A DNA stretch of 64,000 nucleotides, from NCBI GenBank assembly GCA_039208735.1, contig JBCCQY010000020.1:1-64000 (forward strand). Direction: 5' to 3'. The stretch is from Myxococcota bacterium (lineage in GTDB: Bacteria > Myxococcota_A > UBA796 > GCA-2862545). Below the pieces are notes generated by a model. It was not told the DNA's origin, searched no databases, and saw nothing but the letters and a program-made list of their open reading frames with translations. The first letter of the stretch is position 1. Each line of letters starts with the position of its first letter. Below, one piece after another: positions 59,689-64,000 of this stretch. The position numbers and the translations under genes were made by a program.

Positions 59689-60406
59689 TCTCACTCCCGG
59701 GGGCTCCAAGGCGGGATCCGAGTTCATTCAGGAGCGCCCCTCCGTCCCCTTCCAGCGTGGAGCCGTGCATGCACGCCAGTCGTCGGGGAGCCAGTTCGGC
59801 CAGGCGTTGGAGCATGGCCAAGGTTTGGGGCGCGTGCGAGAAGTAGTCCATCTCCCGACGAAACGCCTCGCAGGCCTCCAGCGTGGATGCGCCATCGGCG
59901 TGGGGAGCGTCTCCGGAACCGGGCTGGCTGAACAGATCGCCACACAGCAGGGTCTGGGTACGTTCGTCGAACAGAACGCCGTTGTCCCAGCCGTGAGGGA
60001 CGTGCGGCGCGTCGATCCAGCGTAGTGGGCGGTTGCCGATCGCGATGGTGGCATCGTCGTGAGCGGCGTGAGGGGTTCGGCCATCGGCGAAGTCCGCAAG
60101 TCCCGTCATGGCCCCGATGCGGCTGCAAAGGGGTTGGGCATTGGGGGCTTGCGCCAAGATGGCGGCGAGGCCGCCACACTCGTCGGACTCCACGTGGCCC
60201 ACGCCGATGTAGCGCAGCTGATGCAACGGAATCACGCGGCGTATCGCATGGAGGACGTCGCTCGCCATCGCCGCCATGCCGGTGTGAAACAGCAACGCTT
60301 CGTCATCCACGACGAGGTACTGGTTGAACGAAAATCCGCCAGGGAGGGCGTCCAAGACGTGGTGGATGCGAAATACGCCGTCTGCGACTTCATCGACACG
60401 GGCCAT
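59660..60406 (-). CDS. MBL-fold di-iron protein (FprA N-terminal/ODP-like)
   Basis: FSFNQYL, HVESDECG, APHVPHGWD, GDLF, CMHG. Confidence 0.88.
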   Translation of the reverse strand: MARVDEVADGVFRIHHVLDALPGGFSFNQYLVVDDEALLFHTGMAAMASDVLHAIRRVIPLHQLRYIGVGHVESDECGGLAAILAQAPNAQPLCSRIGAMTGLADFADGRTPHAAHDDATIAIGNRPLRWIDAPHVPHGWDNGVLFDERTQTLLCGDLFSQPGSGDAPHADGASTLEACEAFRREMDYFSHAPQTLAMLQRLAELAPRRLACMHGSTLEGDGGALLNELGSRLGAPGSETTPPRPPRP

Positions 60407-60645
60407 GAGCGTTCTCCAATGAAGGGGACATCAGGCTCCTACGGGCGTTGGGGTCGCGGGGTTGTGGCAGGTTGTGCCAACGCTTGCCACGTCGTCACTG
60501 GCGGTTCGCCACGCCATGCTCGTCTCCACGGGTTCAGTTAGGCTTCCGATAGATGGGCAATGACCGAGGCGAAAGCTGCTTTAACGACGCTCACGGTTTT
60601 CAATGCCTCGCTCGACCGTGTCATGATCGCGGCGTGCAGGCTCCG

Positions 60646-63108
60646 ATGCTCCATGGCCGCGACGCCCTCCTGAACGCTCTCCGTGAGATGATTCGGCCGG
60701 GTTGCCGGGTGACGCTGATGGGCCCGGGAGGGGTGGGCAAGACGAGGTTAGCCCAGGCGATCGCAGCCGAGGAGGGCCGCTTTGTGGCCCTGGCCGAAGT
60801 CCGAACCGTCGATGAGACCCGACGCGCGCTCGCCTACGAACTCGATTTGGACGGCGACCGCCTCGACGAGGCGCTTCGCGCGGCGGCGCCTACACGGCTG
60901 ATTCTCGACAACTGTGAGCAGTTGGAACCCGAGGCCCTGGTCTGGCTGGAAGAGGTGTTGCCCGAGACCTGGCCCATCGTGGTGACCTCCCGCAGGTCAC
61001 TGGACTGGGGGCGCGAATTTTGCTTCGAGGTACCTCCACTGTCGGGCGACGCAGCCCTTCAAGTGTTCCTGGATGCGGCACCGCGGCCGTTTGCCGACAT
61101 GGGACACCCGGAGGCCCTTCTGCGGATCTTGGACCGCCTCGAGGGGTTGCCGCTGGCCCTTCGTCTGGCCGCGGGTCGCCTCGATGTCGTAGACCTGGCG
61201 ACACTTGAACGGTTCCTCGATGAAGACTACCTCACGGTGCTCGCTGATCCCGATAACGGAGGCCGCCACGGGTCGATCGACCGGACCGTCGCGTGGTCGT
61301 GGGACCCGCTGGACCCGCGACATCAACGCGCGCTGCTGGCGTGCGTCGCTCTTGGGGGGCCCTTCGACCTCGAAGCGGCCCACGCCTTGCTCGAGCGTCC
61401 CTTGGATGACCTACACGCCCTCACCCGGCGGCACCTTGTTGAGGTTGGGGAGGGTCGCTACCGCGTTCCAGAGCCGGTCCGGCAGTTTGCGCTCGGTCGA
61501 CTCGTATCCTCTCCAGGTGCGGACTCCATTTACGCTCGGGTGGATGACTGGTGGGCGACCTGTGTGGCGGGGTGGCTCCAGCGACTTCACGGCCCGCACC
61601 ACGCGGCGACCCTTGCGGCAGCCACGAGGTCCTTCGGAGGGTTGACCCGGCTTGTTGGTCATGGAACTCCCGATCGCGCTCGAAACGCCTTTGCGGTGCT
61701 CGCCGAGGTTGTGGAGGTGCGAGGGCCCGCCACCGAAGGGCTGCGCTGGGCGAGCTGCCTGATCTCGCGTACGCCCTCGGCCGATGCCCGAGCCGAGGCG
61801 CTCGCCTGGCGGAGCCGGTGGCATCGTCGGCTCGGGGCGGTCGAAGAAGCGACCGCCGACGCCGATGCCGCGATAGAAACCGCATCTGAGGGGGATGCGG
61901 GGGCTCGGTCGCGGATGGAACGGGCGGCTCTTCGTTTGCAGCGAGGACTCTCGGATGCGGGCCTTCGTCGAGCAGAACTCGAAGGCGCGTTGGCGATGGC
62001 CCAGTCGCCTGCATTGCGTGCGACCTTGCTCGCTCACCGCGCGTTGGCGTTGCACGACACGCTGTCCATCGGTGAGGCGGGTCTTGTCGATGCGACGTTA
62101 GCCCAAGCGCTCGCCATTGCGACCGAACTGGGCTGTCCGGCGGTGCAGCTTCAGGTGCACGCCCAGGCCGGCACGATTCACCTCGAGCGCGCCGTCGATC
62201 CCGTTCCTACACAGCGCCACTTGACCCGGGCCCTCGAACTCGCCACGACCCTCGGTCGACGGAGAAAGCAGGGCTTTCTCTTTGGTCAACTGGCCCTCGC
62301 CATCGAGGCCAGCGACCCGGATGTTGCATTATCCAAGTACGACAAAGCCATTCAGCGACTCCGGGAAGCCGGCGACCCGGTCAGTGCCGCGACGTGGATG
62401 GGCATGCGTTCGCGGACCGAGCTGCTCACGGGGGATCCCGCTCGGGCTCGTCGAGACCTGCGACAGAGCCTGGGTTGGCTCGAACGCGCGGGGGACGCGC
62501 GCATCGGTTGGTATCTGCGGCTGCTCCTGGCGGCCGAGTCGATGGCCCGCGGGAACCCTGCCCCCTTCGTCGACTTCGTGGACCGAGCGCCACCGGTCCG
62601 TGACAAGGAAGGGTTCTGCTGTGACGTGGTGGCCGCGCTTGACGAGGGGCTAAGTGCGGCGGAGGCTCACGATGAAGGCGGCCGTCAGACCGCCCTCGCG
62701 AAGGTGGCAGAGTTCGCGGCGATGTCGCACCTACACGAGGTTCACACGTTGGCCGGCTGGGTGATGCAGCGGCTTGAAGAGGCTCCTCGGTGGTGGCGAA
62801 TCGAGGTGAGGGGGCGGTGGCATATGCCGCCTGGTGCCTCCCGCCAGCCTGTCAAAGGAGCCGCCAACCAACGGGTGCTTGCCTATCTGGCTACCTTACG
62901 GCAGGACGAACCGGGAGCCGAAGCCGACACCGAAGCGCTGGCTGCTGCGGGCTGGCCGGGGGAGCGGCTTGTGGCCAAGGCGGCGGGAAACCGGGTGCGC
63001 GTCGCGCTATCGACCTTGCGCCGGGCCGGGCTGACGGCATGGATCGAGCGTGGTGACCAGGGTTGGTATCTCGCGATGACCCACCCCATTCGACGCATTC
63101 AGGAATAG
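60646..63108 (+). CDS. STAND NTPase - TPR regulator with C-terminal wHTH-like domain
   Basis: GPGGVGKT, LDNCE, TSR, LEGLPLAL; C-terminal WPGE...NRVRVALSTLRRAGL; start uncertain. Confidence 0.9.
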   Translation: MLHGRDALLNALREMIRPGCRVTLMGPGGVGKTRLAQAIAAEEGRFVALAEVRTVDETRRALAYELDLDGDRLDEALRAAAPTRLILDNCEQLEPEALVWLEEVLPETWPIVVTSRRSLDWGREFCFEVPPLSGDAALQVFLDAAPRPFADMGHPEALLRILDRLEGLPLALRLAAGRLDVVDLATLERFLDEDYLTVLADPDNGGRHGSIDRTVAWSWDPLDPRHQRALLACVALGGPFDLEAAHALLERPLDDLHALTRRHLVEVGEGRYRVPEPVRQFALGRLVSSPGADSIYARVDDWWATCVAGWLQRLHGPHHAATLAAATRSFGGLTRLVGHGTPDRARNAFAVLAEVVEVRGPATEGLRWASCLISRTPSADARAEALAWRSRWHRRLGAVEEATADADAAIETASEGDAGARSRMERAALRLQRGLSDAGLRRAELEGALAMAQSPALRATLLAHRALALHDTLSIGEAGLVDATLAQALAIATELGCPAVQLQVHAQAGTIHLERAVDPVPTQRHLTRALELATTLGRRRKQGFLFGQLALAIEASDPDVALSKYDKAIQRLREAGDPVSAATWMGMRSRTELLTGDPARARRDLRQSLGWLERAGDARIGWYLRLLLAAESMARGNPAPFVDFVDRAPPVRDKEGFCCDVVAALDEGLSAAEAHDEGGRQTALAKVAEFAAMSHLHEVHTLAGWVMQRLEEAPRWWRIEVRGRWHMPPGASRQPVKGAANQRVLAYLATLRQDEPGAEADTEALAAAGWPGERLVAKAAGNRVRVALSTLRRAGLTAWIERGDQGWYLAMTHPIRRIQE

Positions 63109-63220
63109 CGTGACGCGTATTCAGCTCTGCAACCTCTGGTTTTTCCAGAGTCGCAACGTCGATGGCGGGGGCGGCTCCGATCGTGCATACTCCTAGGCTT
63201 GCGAGGGGCAACCGAGGTCC

Positions 63221-64000
63221 ATGGTGGGATGGCTTGTCGCGGTACTGATCGCGTCTGGATGGTCGGCGCCGTTGGTGGAACTCCCGCCACAGGCCGACGC
63301 ATCCTTGTGGCGTGTCCCGCTTGAGGACGCTGGCCTCGACTTGGCCCTTGACGGTGATGAAGCGGAGATCGTTCTTTGGGCGGCCCCCGAGACGTGGAAG
63401 GTGGAGGTGCGCCCTCGGGATGGCTCGTCGCGGCTCACGACCGTGCCCGCCCCAAGAACCCGCGCGGACCGCGCCGGAATCGCGTGGCTCGCCGCGTCGT
63501 TGCTCGACGACGTCGTGCGAGCGCCCCTGCTCCCTACGTCGGCGGTTTCGAACGTGCCGGTGGCCCCACCGGCCCCTCGCCGGACGCCGGAGGTGGCGCC
63601 CGAGCGTCCATCCGTGCCGAAGAGGGCGGTGACGGCCGCTCCCCCGCCGCCCCGGCCGCCTCCGCCTCCGCCGGCCCCGGTTCCTTCTCGCTCGACGGTC
63701 CCGTCTTCGCGGCCGACGGTCGAGCCGAGGGAACCGACCCGACTTGCGACTTCGGAAGCTACGCCACGGCCTGAAGACGCCCCAGAACGGTCTACCGCAC
63801 GCAGGAAACTGAAGGTTCGGCGTCCGAAGCGACAGAAGCCAAACCAGGATGAGGACCCACCCCCGGGGCCACGCCGGTCTCCGGTACGATCGACCGTCGC
63901 GGGCACGCTCGGAGCGGTAGGTCGGGCTGAAGCAGGCTGGGTGCCTAGGGCCGAACTGGCTTTCGGCGCCCAACTCCCCAGCCGGTGGCATTTCCTTGGC
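63221..64000 (+). CDS. secreted Pro-rich hypothetical protein, runs off the window end
   Basis: Manual translation MVGWLVAVLIASGWSAPLVELPP..., open to 64000; GAGG RBS. Confidence 0.7.
   Translation, partial: MVGWLVAVLIASGWSAPLVELPPQADASLWRVPLEDAGLDLALDGDEAEIVLWAAPETWKVEVRPRDGSSRLTTVPAPRTRADRAGIAWLAASLLDDVVRAPLLPTSAVSNVPVAPPAPRRTPEVAPERPSVPKRAVTAAPPPPRPPPPPPAPVPSRSTVPSSRPTVEPREPTRLATSEATPRPEDAPERSTARRKLKVRRPKRQKPNQDEDPPPGPRRSPVRSTVAGTLGAVGRAEAGWVPRAELAFGAQLPSRWHFLG

Noticed and set aside
62891..63991. Minus-strand Arg/Gly-rich ORFs
   Set aside because: They are shadows of a plus-strand Pro-rich gene starting at 63221 that runs off the window.

Overview
GC-rich bacterial window. It is probably Myxococcota, inferred from the DADTD-repeat lipoprotein, the wHTH-STAND-TPR regulators, the ECF/anti-sigma/caspase module and many Cys-rich lipoproteins. 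It carries about 55 genes or gene relics. I saw no rRNA, tRNA, CRISPR array or intact mobile element. Main points: (1) a translationally coupled three-gene operon (18335-23702, minus) encoding a eukaryote-type alkyl-DHAP synthase, a fatty acyl-CoA reductase/DHAP-acyltransferase fusion (FARAT-like) and an extended SDR, which together resemble a compact version of the peroxisomal ether-lipid pathway; (2) an operon (3174-10058, minus) behind a Zur-like palindrome, with an internally deleted COG0523 remnant, a diheme cytochrome c-rhodanese, three SPFH/HflKC-like proteins and a P1B ATPase whose CPC motif has lost both cysteines; (3) a DUF692/MNIO gene coupled to a Tat-exported protein with a CG...CGMG tail; (4) a roughly 930-codon gene split by one in-frame TAG and followed by a structured 87-bp tandem repeat; (5) a frameshifted pseudokinase-pentapeptide-EAD-like gene and several truncated relics. 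All family calls come from motifs recognised by eye, not from database searches.
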